Assembly: GCA_965116495.1 (NCBI GenBank)
Contig: OZ220696.1
Coordinates: 960,001 to 1,024,000 of the forward strand
Reading direction: 5' to 3'
Length of the DNA: 64,000 nt
Origin: Gammaproteobacteria bacterium
GTDB lineage: Bacteria > Pseudomonadota > Gammaproteobacteria > Eutrophobiales > Eutrophobiaceae
Each line of letters starts with the position of its first letter. Position 1 is the first letter of the stretch. The position numbers were made by a program, and so were the translations under genes. Under the pieces are notes generated by a model. That model saw nothing but the letters and a program-made list of their open reading frames with translations, did not search any database and had not been told where the DNA came from. Positions 37,356-47,666 of the stretch are shown in pieces.

Positions 37356-38564
37356 CTACAACAACCAGTGGGTGGTGGGTTGATTCAAACGGAGTCGACC
37401 ATACACTTCCTTAATAATCTCTTCATGATTGGCCTCATGCATGGTCATGGCATTAATATCACGATAGAGCCGTTGCATAGGAGAGCGTTCACTCAATGAT
37501 GAACCACCGGAGTCCTGGAACAGGATGTTGACGACTTCCCGGCATAGATGCATGGCATGGACACCGAACAACCTGATCCGCGCCCGGTCCTGTGCACTCA
37601 TTACCTTTTCACTGTGCACAGCCCCGTCAAAACACAGGTCACAGGCATGATCTGTCATCAGAATTGCGGATTCCAGTTTAGCCGTAACATCACCCAGGAT
37701 CCGGTGGGTTGAGGGTAAGTCTTTTTTTGGAATGTCAGCGGTATACACCATGGGTCTTGCCGAGCGGTTTTGAATCAGGTCTTCGTGAAATTCCAGTGCT
37801 GCGAGTGCGGCGCCAACGGTAGTCCCTGCCCCCAATGAGACCGGCATAATCGCACCGAATGGTGCGCGGTACAACAATGGTCTTGAACTACCGCATTTGT
37901 GCACCAGGGCAGTTTCCGCCTTCATCATCCTGTGACCAGGCACGAAGTACTCGTCCTGCTTCAACTTGACACTGTTACTGCCGGTCGCTTTAAGACCGGC
38001 CACATACCAATCATCATTAATTTCAATGTCCTCAGGTGGCACCATGAAAAACGCCTTGTCGTGTCCCGGCGGTAATCCGGGTAAATGCGCACCCAACAGA
38101 AACCAGTCCGCGTTATGACAACCGGAGCCAAATGGCCAGACACTGTTCTTTAAAACAAAACCACCATCGACTTTCGTTGCCGTAGTGCGATCCGGAAGAA
38201 TACCCGATATCCCGGCATTGGGATCAGCGCCAAACACTTCTTCTTGGGCCTGCTCCGGAAACAGCGCCATCAAATAGGTATGACAGGACATCACGCTATA
38301 TACCCAGCTGGATGAAGGACAAGCCTTGGAAAGTTCAGCCGCAATGCGCCAAAAATAACGCGGATGCAATTCATAACCACCATAGCGCACCGGTACATAG
38401 GCACGGAACAGGTCTGCTTGTTTCATTGCCCGGAAAGATTCCGCATGGATATGGCGTTGCTGCTCTGCCTCTCCTGCCCGCTCCCGCAAGCCGACGGCGA
38501 CGCCCCTGGCCCTGTCGATAAGTGTATTGGCTAATTCTTCCTGGTCTTTGACGGTGGTATCCAT
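37356..38564 (-). CDS. Two-component flavin-dependent monooxygenase, oxygenase subunit (HsaA/HpaH-like, ACAD fold)
   Basis: P.RYGG.E, CPSSSWV, WPFGSGC..ADW, DDW.V.GL.ATGS, QR.YRD.....H. Confidence 0.85.
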   Translation of the reverse strand: MDTTVKDQEELANTLIDRARGVAVGLRERAGEAEQQRHIHAESFRAMKQADLFRAYVPVRYGGYELHPRYFWRIAAELSKACPSSSWVYSVMSCHTYLMALFPEQAQEEVFGADPNAGISGILPDRTTATKVDGGFVLKNSVWPFGSGCHNADWFLLGAHLPGLPPGHDKAFFMVPPEDIEINDDWYVAGLKATGSNSVKLKQDEYFVPGHRMMKAETALVHKCGSSRPLLYRAPFGAIMPVSLGAGTTVGAALAALEFHEDLIQNRSARPMVYTADIPKKDLPSTHRILGDVTAKLESAILMTDHACDLCFDGAVHSEKVMSAQDRARIRLFGVHAMHLCREVVNILFQDSGGSSLSERSPMQRLYRDINAMTMHEANHEEIIKEVYGRLRLNQPTTHWLL

Positions 38565-38575
38565 GACGCTTTAAC

Positions 38576-38812
38576 TCAACTGTTATTGTGACTACCGTCG
38601 CAGAGGTAGCCCTTACCGCTTCGTTTACAACCGCATAACCAGAGGGATTCGGTTTGCGTGAGTTCGAATTTTACCGGCGTAAAATCGCTGCCTTTATGGG
38701 AACCATCGCAAAAAGGCTGGTTGTCAGAGCGACCACAGCTACACCAGAAATAAATCCCCGCTTCAATTTCGACCCCATAGGGAACATTTTGTGGACATTG
38801 TGCTTCGCTCAT
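38576..38812 (-). CDS. CDGSH iron-sulfur domain protein (two motifs)
   Basis: WCSCGRS..QPFCDGSH and LCGCKRS....LCDGSH. Confidence 0.9.
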   Translation of the reverse strand: MSEAQCPQNVPYGVEIEAGIYFWCSCGRSDNQPFCDGSHKGSDFTPVKFELTQTESLWLCGCKRSGKGYLCDGSHNNS

Positions 38813-38909
38813 GTTTTTCACCTGTTATTACATAGTGTTATCGGCAAATACTAAATCAAAACCCATTAATTCGCTAACAAAAACCGAACCCGCACTCTGG
38901 CGGTCGAGC

Positions 38910-39917
38910 TTAAGCCGCGGCCGCCAGGCGTTGCCTGTTGTGAGGAGCGGCAAGGTCTTGCACCGGTCCGCGCGGCACGATCGCGGGACGGCCGTACCAG
39001 GCTTTTTCCAGCGAGTAGTACTGGCGTTTCGCGTCTTCGATATCCAGAAGTTCCGCGATCCCGTCGATTTGATAAAGCTCCCGCAGGTAGTTGCTCAAAT
39101 TCGGATAATCCGCGATACGCCGCAAGTTACATTTGAAGAAACTGAAATATGCAGCATCGAAGCGCAGCAGTGTGGTGTAGAGTCGCCAATCGGCCTCTGT
39201 GAGGCGCTCACCGATCAAATAGCGCCGGCCGTCGAGACGCGCCTCCACCTTATCCAAGGTTGCAAACAAGGCCGCTACCGCGCCGTCGTATGCATCCTGG
39301 GTCGTTGCGAATCCGCACTGATAAACGCCATTGTTTACGTTTGTGTATATTTCAGCGTTTAGTTCGTCGATGTCTTTCCGCAGGTCTTCCGGATACAGGT
39401 CAAGATCGGGATTACCGGCAAAGTCATTAAAGGCGCTGTTGAACATACGCAGAATTTCGGAAGATTCGTTGTTGACGATCGTCTCCCGCTGCTTGTCCCA
39501 AAGCACCGGAACGGTCGGGCGCGCGCTGCATTTCGGATCCGCGCGCAAGTAAATCTGGTAGAGATGTTTCGCACCGTAGAGCGGGTCCGGCTCTGCCCGT
39601 GGCTCGGCGCCGGGTTCGGCAAAGCACCATCCGTTCTCAGTCATCTCGGGAACCATGCGCGTCACCGAGATCGCGTCTTCCAATCCTTTCAAGCGCCGCA
39701 CAATCAACGTGCGGTGGGCCCACGGGCAAGCAGCAACCACGTAAAGGTGGTAACGCCCGGGTTCGGCCGGAAACCCGTCCTCACCGCTCGGTCCGGCCGC
39801 TCCGTCCGGCGTCACCCAGCTTCGAAACGTACTGTCCTTACGGACAAATTTTCCACCGTGCTGTTCCGTTTCGTGATGATCGCCCGAATACCAGACACCG
39901 TCTAAAAGAATACCCAT
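38910..39917 (-). CDS. Glutathionyl-hydroquinone reductase (Xi-class GST, YqjG-like)
   Basis: RYHLYV..ACPWAHR, TVPVLWDK...IVNNESSEI, NNGVY..GFA. Confidence 0.92.
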   Translation of the reverse strand: MGILLDGVWYSGDHHETEQHGGKFVRKDSTFRSWVTPDGAAGPSGEDGFPAEPGRYHLYVVAACPWAHRTLIVRRLKGLEDAISVTRMVPEMTENGWCFAEPGAEPRAEPDPLYGAKHLYQIYLRADPKCSARPTVPVLWDKQRETIVNNESSEILRMFNSAFNDFAGNPDLDLYPEDLRKDIDELNAEIYTNVNNGVYQCGFATTQDAYDGAVAALFATLDKVEARLDGRRYLIGERLTEADWRLYTTLLRFDAAYFSFFKCNLRRIADYPNLSNYLRELYQIDGIAELLDIEDAKRQYYSLEKAWYGRPAIVPRGPVQDLAAPHNRQRLAAAA

Positions 39918-39920
39918 CGA

Positions 39921-42452
39921 TCAGAAATAGTTATAGCGCGCCCGGACCCCCCACCAGCGCGGCTTATAGTAACCCACCGTCGTGCACCCGCACAGCGTCG
40001 ATAAGTCGAAACCGGTGAACATGGCACGCTCATCGGCAACGTTCTCGACGAACGCCGAGAATTCCCAACGCTCATCGACGCTGGTCCAGTGTGCCCGCAC
40101 ATCGCCCATCACGTACGACGGCATCCTCTGCGCGTCGAAGTTGCGGATGTTCTGGTAACGATGTGCCGCATAGTCAAATTCCGCCTGTAGGGCGACAGTG
40201 CCGCCGGCCAATGAGTCCGGCCACTCGTAGCGTGCCAGACCGCTGAGTTGCACGTCCGGCGTGAAAGCCGGATCGACATCCCGCTCCACGTTCGGCGCGA
40301 TCGCAAGACCCTCGACTTCAGCATCGATGTAGGATGCGTTGAACATGAACGTGAAGTTGTCGACAGGGCTTGACAGCAGCTCGAGTTCCACGCCCTTGTA
40401 AGTCGCGTCGTTGTTGAAAATGGCGCCCGACGCACCAATGAACAGAAAGGCCTGGTAATCGGAATAATCATAATAGTACGCGCTGGCGTTCAGCCGGGTA
40501 CTGCCGCCGAACAGCGTGGCCTTGAATCCGCCCTCGTAGGCCAGCAGCACCTCGGAATCGTAGGGGAACTGATCGTCGGCGAGCCTGGCCTGGCCGGCGT
40601 TCACCGGACCGTTGAAACTGCCGGCCTTGACGCCGCGATTGACGCCGAAATACAGCAGCCAGTCATCATTGGGTCGGAAATTGAGCTGGGCCTTGCCCGT
40701 CCACATTGTCTCGCTGGTGCTGTCCGAATACGGCGCGAACTCGGTCACTATCGGAACGCGCTTGTCGAACTCGACGCGGAAATCGTCCAGGTTCCCGTAA
40801 AACTCGTTCACGAAGTCGTAGTCCTTGTCTTCGAACACTACCCGGGCGCCGAGAACGAGTTCAAACTGGTCCGTGAGTTCGACGTCCATCTGGCCGAAAA
40901 TCGAGTAGGAGTTCGTCTTCAGATCGACGATGTTGTTGGAGGCGACCGCTCCGGGGTACCGGTCGCCACCCGGCTGATAGGGGGCCACCCCGAACGGGTT
41001 GAAAAACGACAGGAGAAACGGCGTCAAGGCGGTGGTTAACGGCCCGCCTTCGGAGAAGTCGAATGCGTTCCGGTCGTTGGTTTCCATCCATAGATAGTAC
41101 AAACCGGCGACGTAATCGACACGACCGAATTGGCCATTCAGGCGCAACTCCTGGGCGAAGTTGTCGGCAGTGGTATCGCGTGAGATGGCCCCTTGCGCGA
41201 CCGGAGAACCCTCAACGTCGATCGATTCGCGCATCAGAAAATGCATGTAATGCGAAACCGATGTCAAGGTCATATCTTCGCTGATATCCCACGTAATCTT
41301 CGCGGTGACGCCTTCGGTTTCATTTCGGTTGAAGTCATCGGACGTCATGTCGCTGGAAATATCGAAGCCATCACCATCGGGATCGATGTGTCCCCAGAAG
41401 TCACCGCCCACTACGGGACGCACGGCATCAGACCGGCCGTAGAGCGGAGGACCCGGAAAGAACTCGCCGTCGGTCAGGTTGATGGGCAGGCAACCGCCGG
41501 TGTCGCCGTTTATCACTTCACAGCCGAGCGGATCGTCCGCCGCGAAGATACTGTTGATGGTGTCATCCAAAGCGCCATCGCCATCACTGTCGATGCGCAC
41601 TCCCGTGGTCGCAATGTGCTGGTTGGGGGAGGTACTGATCTTCGCGCGCCCGGCGAAACCGGAAACCAGAAACTGGACGTTATCGGTAAGGTCGAATTCC
41701 AACTGGCCGCGCAGCGCCCATTGATTGTCGTTCCAGACGTCGTCTGCATCGCTGGTCGCCGAGCCGAACCACGGCGGACTGCCGGGGCCGGCCGGATTAT
41801 CTATCGCATCCAATGGGTAGACATTGTTAAGGATGGGATCGTGACGCTTATACATGCCCGACAGCCGTGCGCGAACCCGGTCGCTGAGACTACCACTGAT
41901 CGCGCCTTCGACGTTGAAAGTATTCTCGCGACCGTAGGTTACATCGAGAAAACCTTCGCTCTCCTCTGTGGGCTTCTTGGTGTGGTAAGCGACCGCACCA
42001 CCGGTAGCGTTACGTCCGAACAGCGTCCCTTGCGGACCCTTCAGGATCTCGACGCGTTCGAGGTCGAAAGCCGCGAACACATTACCCTGGCGAAATCCGA
42101 TATAGCCTTCGTCGACGTAGGTAGCATTCGGGTTCTCGGCAAAATCGGCGAAGTCGTTCTGGGTGACACCGCGAATCGTGAACTCGCGGGTCTGTCCGGC
42201 GCTACTACCGGATACAAATACGCCGGCGCTCATGAAGGCGACGTCGGTACTCTCGGTCACCCGCAGTTCTTTGAGCTGCGCGCTACTGAACGCGCTGATG
42301 GCGATGCCGACGTCCTGCACGTTCTGCTCGCGCTTCTGCGCCGTGACGATGACTTCTTCCAGCACCTGGGCGCCGGCAGAATAGGTGACCGCGGCGATTA
42401 TTGTGGCGACAAACATGCCGATAACGCGTGAGCGGATTGTGCGTTGAGTCAT
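39921..42452 (-). CDS. TonB-dependent receptor
   Basis: Signal peptide, LEEVIVTAQKREQ TonB box, ERVEILKGPQGTLFGRN, C-terminal Phe. Confidence 0.95.
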   Translation of the reverse strand: MTQRTIRSRVIGMFVATIIAAVTYSAGAQVLEEVIVTAQKREQNVQDVGIAISAFSSAQLKELRVTESTDVAFMSAGVFVSGSSAGQTREFTIRGVTQNDFADFAENPNATYVDEGYIGFRQGNVFAAFDLERVEILKGPQGTLFGRNATGGAVAYHTKKPTEESEGFLDVTYGRENTFNVEGAISGSLSDRVRARLSGMYKRHDPILNNVYPLDAIDNPAGPGSPPWFGSATSDADDVWNDNQWALRGQLEFDLTDNVQFLVSGFAGRAKISTSPNQHIATTGVRIDSDGDGALDDTINSIFAADDPLGCEVINGDTGGCLPINLTDGEFFPGPPLYGRSDAVRPVVGGDFWGHIDPDGDGFDISSDMTSDDFNRNETEGVTAKITWDISEDMTLTSVSHYMHFLMRESIDVEGSPVAQGAISRDTTADNFAQELRLNGQFGRVDYVAGLYYLWMETNDRNAFDFSEGGPLTTALTPFLLSFFNPFGVAPYQPGGDRYPGAVASNNIVDLKTNSYSIFGQMDVELTDQFELVLGARVVFEDKDYDFVNEFYGNLDDFRVEFDKRVPIVTEFAPYSDSTSETMWTGKAQLNFRPNDDWLLYFGVNRGVKAGSFNGPVNAGQARLADDQFPYDSEVLLAYEGGFKATLFGGSTRLNASAYYYDYSDYQAFLFIGASGAIFNNDATYKGVELELLSSPVDNFTFMFNASYIDAEVEGLAIAPNVERDVDPAFTPDVQLSGLARYEWPDSLAGGTVALQAEFDYAAHRYQNIRNFDAQRMPSYVMGDVRAHWTSVDERWEFSAFVENVADERAMFTGFDLSTLCGCTTVGYYKPRWWGVRARYNYF

Positions 42453-42594
42453 TACGAAGACCTCCCCCTAAATCGTTTAACTGCCCTATAATAATGCCGT
42501 TTTCGCGGATCTTCAATAAAATCCAGTGAAAATCCATCACGATGCCATGATCTCTGCCGTGACCGTATTCACGTTCACACCAGCACGCCCGGGG

Positions 42595-43893
42595 TCAGGT
42601 TTCAGCAGGCTCCTTCGGAAAGCGGATGAACATCACCGCCAGCGCGGCCAGAACGAACGGTATGGCAAACAGGCTGAAATTCAGGGCGCGCGAATACCCT
42701 GGCACCATCAGCAGTCCGCCTATGATGGGGCCGATGATGGCGCCTGCACGGCCCATACCCTGACCCCAACCGACCCCCGTGGCGCGCAATTCAGTCGGGT
42801 AAAGGCGCACGCCCGCCGCCACCATGCCGATGAGACCGGCCTGGCTGAAAAACCCCAACACGCCGATTAACGTCAACAATATCGCCAGCGGCGGCGTCAA
42901 CACACCGAATGCCACCATGAAAACAGCTGAAGCCACTTGAAAACCAATAATGACCCCGGCCAGACGATAGCGGGTGAACAGCGATCCAAGGACGATAATG
43001 CCGACCAGACCGCCGAGGTTGTAAACCGTGCCCGCCAGTATGTAATGCTGCTCCGGGTGACCCATGTCCTTGACAATTGCCGGGACGAAGCCCAGCAGAA
43101 AATACACGGTGGCATAAACCATGAAAAAGCCCATCCAGAGTCCCAGGGTGGAGCGGCGGCGGTTTTCGACGAGCAGATTGCTGACGCCCAGGCCGCTACG
43201 TTTTTCGGCGGTGGTGGCAAGAAGTTCGTCCAGTTGCGGGCGACCGAGTCGGCCGAGCAGTCGGTTTGCCTGCGCCAAAGCGCCGGGGGGCTGTTTTTTG
43301 AGCAGGAATTCCAGTGACTCCGGTAGCATCACGAATGCGACCGGCAGCATGATGCCGGTAACCGCCGCGGCAGCGATGAACATCGCCCGCCAGCCGTACT
43401 CGGGCACGATGTACGCGGCCACGACGCCGGTGAGCATAGCGCCCACGGCATAGCCGGCGCCGATCATCGACACGACGAAATGCCGGTAGCGTGGTGGCGA
43501 GTATTCCGCACCAATGGTCGACAGGGTCGGTCCTGCCAGGCCGATCCCAAGTCCGACGATGAAGCGCAAGGCCAGCAACTGCGCAATCGAGGTGACGAAG
43601 GCCGTGAGCAACATGCTCGAGGCAATGATTGTGACCGCCGCAAGCACCGCCCGGCGCCGGCCGATGATATCGGCAAATGGCGTGAGGAAAAACGAACCCA
43701 TGGTCATGCCGGCGACGCCCGCGCTGAAAATATAGCCATAGGTGCCCTTGGTGATGCCCCATTCTTCGATTATCTGCGGACCGGCGTATGCCACCACCAG
43801 CACGTCCATACCATCGATGATTTGCAGCACGAAACACACGGCAATTGCCGCGAAATGTGTACTCGTAAACGATTCCGGTGATTTCCCCACCAA
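42595..43893 (-). CDS. MFS transporter, aromatic acid:H+ symporter-like
   Basis: DGMD in TM1, AD.IGRR motif A, EYSP.R.R, YPTELRATG.GW. Confidence 0.9.
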   Translation of the reverse strand: MVGKSPESFTSTHFAAIAVCFVLQIIDGMDVLVVAYAGPQIIEEWGITKGTYGYIFSAGVAGMTMGSFFLTPFADIIGRRRAVLAAVTIIASSMLLTAFVTSIAQLLALRFIVGLGIGLAGPTLSTIGAEYSPPRYRHFVVSMIGAGYAVGAMLTGVVAAYIVPEYGWRAMFIAAAAVTGIMLPVAFVMLPESLEFLLKKQPPGALAQANRLLGRLGRPQLDELLATTAEKRSGLGVSNLLVENRRRSTLGLWMGFFMVYATVYFLLGFVPAIVKDMGHPEQHYILAGTVYNLGGLVGIIVLGSLFTRYRLAGVIIGFQVASAVFMVAFGVLTPPLAILLTLIGVLGFFSQAGLIGMVAAGVRLYPTELRATGVGWGQGMGRAGAIIGPIIGGLLMVPGYSRALNFSLFAIPFVLAALAVMFIRFPKEPAET

Positions 43894-44033
43894 GTGCTCC
43901 CCCTGTAGACGTTTCAGAAAACGAAAACTTAAATTACGATTTTAAGTGATAACATAACTAAAATACTTATTCATATATATTTCAGATCATTTGTATAGAA
44001 ACCAGAGAACCTTCATATTTCACGACCACGTAA

Positions 44034-44930
44034 ATGAAGGCAGATAATAACAACAGCACTTTTGTCTGGCGAGAAATGGATCAGGAATCGCTGGATGCTG
44101 CCTATGAACAAGGTAACTATGCATCTAATTTGCAGGAAGTGGTTGATCGCTATCAATCGAACAGCGAAAGAGCCAGACATGAGACAGGTGAGCCAGAGCG
44201 ATTTCAATATGGTCCAAAAGACATAGAAAAGCTGGATGTATATACCACTGCAAAACGTAATGCTCCGATTATCATCTTTATTCATGGAGGCGCCTGGCGC
44301 ATTGGCTTTGCCAAGGATTACGCCTTTCCCGCTCCCCTGTTCACAAAAGCCGGGATACATTGGATAGCAATAGACTTTGATTCCGTGTTGGATGTTGAGG
44401 GAGACTTAATGGTGTTAGCCGGACAAGTAAGACGTGCTATTGCCTGGGTCTATAATAACGCAACAAAATTCAGCGGGAATAAAGACAATATCTACCTTTG
44501 CGGTCATTCTTCCGGCGCACACCTGACTGCTGTTTGCCTGACAACAGACTGGCAATCCGGGTTTAATTTACCTGCTGACATAATCAAAGGCGGATTGTGC
44601 TGCAGTGGCATGTATGACCTCGAACCGGTAAGGTTGTCTTCACGCAGTGAATACCTGAATATCACGGAGGAAACGGAAAACAAATTGAGTCCACAGCGAC
44701 ATTTGGACAAGTTATCTGCACCAGTCATTATCAGTCATGGCACCAATGAATCACCGGAGTTTGTTCGTCAATCCAACGAATTTACACAGGCTATTAAAAA
44801 CGTCAACAAGACTGTGGACTATGTAATCGGGATTGATTTAAACCACTTCGAGATATTGGAAACACTGGCTGAGCAAAGTGGGTTGCTTGCAATGTCACTT
44901 TTAAAAATGGTTCGGAAAAATTCCGAATAA
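44034..44930 (+). CDS. Alpha/beta hydrolase, arylformamidase-like
   Basis: IFIHGGAW, GHSSGAHL, SGMYDL, ESPEF.RQS, NHF. Confidence 0.85.
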   Translation: MKADNNNSTFVWREMDQESLDAAYEQGNYASNLQEVVDRYQSNSERARHETGEPERFQYGPKDIEKLDVYTTAKRNAPIIIFIHGGAWRIGFAKDYAFPAPLFTKAGIHWIAIDFDSVLDVEGDLMVLAGQVRRAIAWVYNNATKFSGNKDNIYLCGHSSGAHLTAVCLTTDWQSGFNLPADIIKGGLCCSGMYDLEPVRLSSRSEYLNITEETENKLSPQRHLDKLSAPVIISHGTNESPEFVRQSNEFTQAIKNVNKTVDYVIGIDLNHFEILETLAEQSGLLAMSLLKMVRKNSE

Positions 44931-44990
44931 ATATGACGGTTCCTAACAGACGGCTTGGCATGACGTACAACAACAGCTATAGTGTACGTC

Positions 44991-45233
44991 ATGAATACAA
45001 AGATTACACTGCGAATGGACGAGTTGCTTATTAAAACAGCCAAATCTGAGGCTGCCCTGCGCGGCAAATCCGTCTCGCAAATGGTGGGCGAGTTTTTTGC
45101 TCACCTTGGAAATTCCAGGCAAGAAGCCGACAATGAACTTCCTCCCGTTACCGCAGCACTGTTGGGCGTACTCAAAGGACAGGACATTGACGAGTCTGCT
45201 CACAAACAACACCTGCGCGAGAAATACCTCTGA
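44991..45233 (+). CDS. RHH antitoxin (DUF6364-like); downstream PIN toxin truncated after ~5 codons
   Basis: MNTKITLRMD..LI..AK..A...GKSVS.MV; 11-bp inverted repeat 44959-44993; followed by CTG-AAA-GTA-CTG-GTT (xKVLV). Confidence 0.8.
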   Translation: MNTKITLRMDELLIKTAKSEAALRGKSVSQMVGEFFAHLGNSRQEADNELPPVTAALLGVLKGQDIDESAHKQHLREKYL

Positions 45234-45243
45234 AAGTACTGGT

Positions 45244-45285
45244 TGAACCGCCCCGGGAATTTCGGAGACCCGTTAGTTTGAGCCA
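45244..45285. mobile_element. Orphan IS3-family terminal inverted repeat
   Basis: TGAACCGCCCCGGGAATTTCGGAGAC resembles IS629/IS51-group ends; sits where the toxin gene is cut. Confidence 0.7.
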
Positions 45286-45365
45286 TTCAGTTTTTTATTA
45301 GAGTTTGTCCTTAATTTGTGTCCTTACCCACATTGAGAATTCAGAGTCTTCAGGCTGGATTTAGA

Positions 45366-45658
45366 TCATTCCAGGTGGCTATTAACGTCCATATTCTCGT
45401 GAAGAACACGGACAACACTGATGCTATCCTCCAGCGCAAGATAGACGATCAGATGATGTGCATGATGGTGAATCCGTATCGGAGGGTTTAACTCTGTTCG
45501 TTCCCGGGAGCTCAGGGGTTGTTCGGCCAGTAGCCGAATTCTGCATCCAGTTCATCCAGGTATTTGTCTGCCTGATATTCTCCCCACTCGTTGAAAGTGT
45601 ACAGCCAAATGTCAACCAGGTCCTGTTCAGCCTGGGCCTGCTTGAGAATCCGGGGCAT
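45366..45658 (-). pseudogene. parE: ParE toxin, frameshifted
   Basis: MPRILKQAQAEQDLVDIWLYT..EWG..QADKY in one frame; HLIVY....I.VVRVLHENMD in another. Confidence 0.8.
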
Positions 45659-45909
45659 CAGGAATTTTTCAGCCTCGCCAACTGTCTGGCTTTCTGTTTG
45701 ATAGATTTTATATCAAGCTCTCCGGCCTGGCCGCTCTCAATGCCCAAGGTAATCGCGGCCTGAAGCGCTGTAAGCTTGTCTTTTTCTTGCTGATCTTTTC
45801 GAATGAGATCACGAACGTAGTCACTGGAACTAGCGTACTTCCCATCGTCAATTTGGGCCTGAACCCAGTCTTTCATCGGGTCTGGTACGGAGATATTCAT
45901 TGTGGCCAT
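45658..45909 (-). CDS. parD: ParD-family RHH antitoxin
   Basis: MATMNISVPDPMKDWV..QI..GKYASSSDYVRDLIR...L..AI..G..SG. Confidence 0.9.
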   Translation of the reverse strand: MATMNISVPDPMKDWVQAQIDDGKYASSSDYVRDLIRKDQQEKDKLTALQAAITLGIESGQAGELDIKSIKQKARQLARLKNS

Positions 45910-45985
45910 GGCATGCTCCTAGCATCTTTAATGATATCAGTATGGCAATATATGGCAACTATTGTCAAATTTACTGCTAGCATTA

Positions 45986-46530
45986 CACTACTGTCCCAAG
46001 AAAATCTTTTTTATCTATCATAACTCATTGATATAGCTTAACAAACAGCCGTTTTATACCTGTCATCGACTTGAACTCGACAGGGCCTGCCTACAATGCT
46101 GTGACTCCCATCCACAACCAGGGAGTGCAGCCCCATCTATACCGGTAATTTCGTCTTCTCACAACTCGTGGCCCACCTGCCCATGCACAGCTTCCGCCGC
46201 TGCGTCCGGCGTTATCACGGCAATTGCTACGTCAAATCGTTTACCTGCCTCGACCAGTTCCTGTGCTTGGCCGTGTTCCCCTGGGCGCCCTTCCGAAAGA
46301 CCAAAGCCGCCGTCAAACTCCATACCCTGCTGGACTTGCAGGGCAGCATCCCAACCTTTATCCATGTCTCCGACGGTAAACTGCACGACGTCAACGTCCT
46401 CGACCTGCTTGTCCCCGAGCTCGGCGCCATCTATGTCATGGACCGCGCCTATCTCGATTTCCAACGCCTGTTTGCCCTGACCATGACCGCCGCCTTCTTC
46501 GTGACCCGCACCAAGTCCAATACCCGGTAT
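45986..46530 (+). mobile_element. IS4-family remnant (DUF4372/DDE transposase, internally deleted and truncated)
   Basis: CACTACTGTCCCA end; VFSQL..LP...F.RCV.RY.G joined to FPWA.FRKTKAAVKLHTLLDL..IP.F...DGKLHDV, MDRAY.DF. Confidence 0.8.
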
Positions 46531-46542
46531 AACGCCTTTGTT

Positions 46543-46810
46543 CTACTCGTCCTGGGCCAAGCGAAAGCCGATATTGTAGCTGTGGTACGAGCGGCCGGCC
46601 CGGTCGCGGTCGGCGGAACGCAGGTACCTCGGATTGTCGTTCCAGGCTCCACCCCGAAGCATGCGCGAGTGACAGCCACCACCTGCCCAGGCACTGCCAT
46701 CTTTCGGGGCACCCTTACAATTGTGCTTCAAACAATCCTGTACCCACTCCCACACGTTGCCGTGCATGTCATGCAACCCCCAGGCATTGGCCGGGAAACT
46801 GCCTACCGGC
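46543..46810 (-). pseudogene. FGE-sulfatase (C-type lectin fold) C-terminal fragment
   Basis: DMHGNVWEWVQD, RGGAW, LRSA.R, IGFRLA. Confidence 0.75.
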
Positions 46811-47040
46811 GCAGTGGATCTTAACGCCCTGGCCAGGTCACAATCATACTATATATCCTACTAACATCCCTGTCACTGGACAGAGGATAATCTATGTCCA
46901 CTATGACGAACACCCGGGAACCTTCAGCATTTTGCAGGATTTTCCATAAGGCACTCAATCAAGCAACGCTACCAGCATGAAGCGGCGCAGCGCACAGGTG
47001 TCCACATTGAGGCTGTACAGGGCGATGTATCGAGCAAGGA

Positions 47041-47265
47041 TCAGCCAAAACGTTCCCTACTCTCGCGAATGCTGTCAACGATATCTTCCCTGCTGACCTG
47101 GAGGTCAACGCCTGTAATATCCAGAGGTGAGGTCTCTTTCGGTGCGGGTTTGACGTAGAAAGCCTCGCCGTTGCGTTTTCTGATGCACACCATGCCCGCT
47201 TGCCGCGCTTCATTCAATAACGAGGCGAAATTCTGCCGGGCTTCGGTAAAGCTGTACTCTTTCAT
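47041..47265 (-). CDS. Phd/YefM antitoxin
   Basis: MKEYSFTEARQNFASLL..A...G.V.I.KRNG..F. Confidence 0.85.
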   Translation of the reverse strand: MKEYSFTEARQNFASLLNEARQAGMVCIRKRNGEAFYVKPAPKETSPLDITGVDLQVSREDIVDSIRESRERFG

Positions 47266-47267
47266 GG

Positions 47268-47660
47268 TTAAATCTCCAAAGTCCGAACACCGATTGTTTC
47301 GGCTGCAATCCGCAACCTGCGATCTAATGTCAGCAACGGGGAGTTGGTCTGCAGGGCGCATTGGACAAGATAGGCGTCATAGGCATATATACCAAGACGC
47401 GCAGACAACTCAAGCGCTTGTTCCAGAGGATATTCATAAAATTTGACAGGAATGGCCAGATAAACGACGAGCGCTTTTTTTGCAAGTTCAATAGTAGTTT
47501 GCTGTCTTTTAAACATGGCTGAAAACGCATTGCCGATTTCCCAATGGACAGACACCGGAGCACATAATGAAGAACCTTCGGTCAACCTCAAGATAGCCGG
47601 CTTTGTAGCTTCATTGCCAATGACTGAGATCAGGGCGGAGGTATCTATGGTAATAAGCAT
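47268..47660 (-). CDS. vapC: PIN-domain (VapC) toxin, upstream of its antitoxin
   Basis: IDTSALI, WEIGNA, YAYDAY, LLTLD. Confidence 0.88.
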   Translation of the reverse strand: MLITIDTSALISVIGNEATKPAILRLTEGSSLCAPVSVHWEIGNAFSAMFKRQQTTIELAKKALVVYLAIPVKFYEYPLEQALELSARLGIYAYDAYLVQCALQTNSPLLTLDRRLRIAAETIGVRTLEI

Positions 47661-47666
47661 GAGGCG

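Noticed and set aside
41193-42431. 412-aa + strand ORF and similar long antisense ORFs (e.g. 24688-25674, 22149-23006, 29150-29968)
   Set aside because: Shadow frames of clear high-GC genes on the opposite strand, with no motifs
46543-46810. Possible diversity-generating retroelement (FGE-sulfatase/CLec variable region)
   Set aside because: No template repeat, second copy or reverse transcriptase in the window; could only be a remote target or a plain fragment
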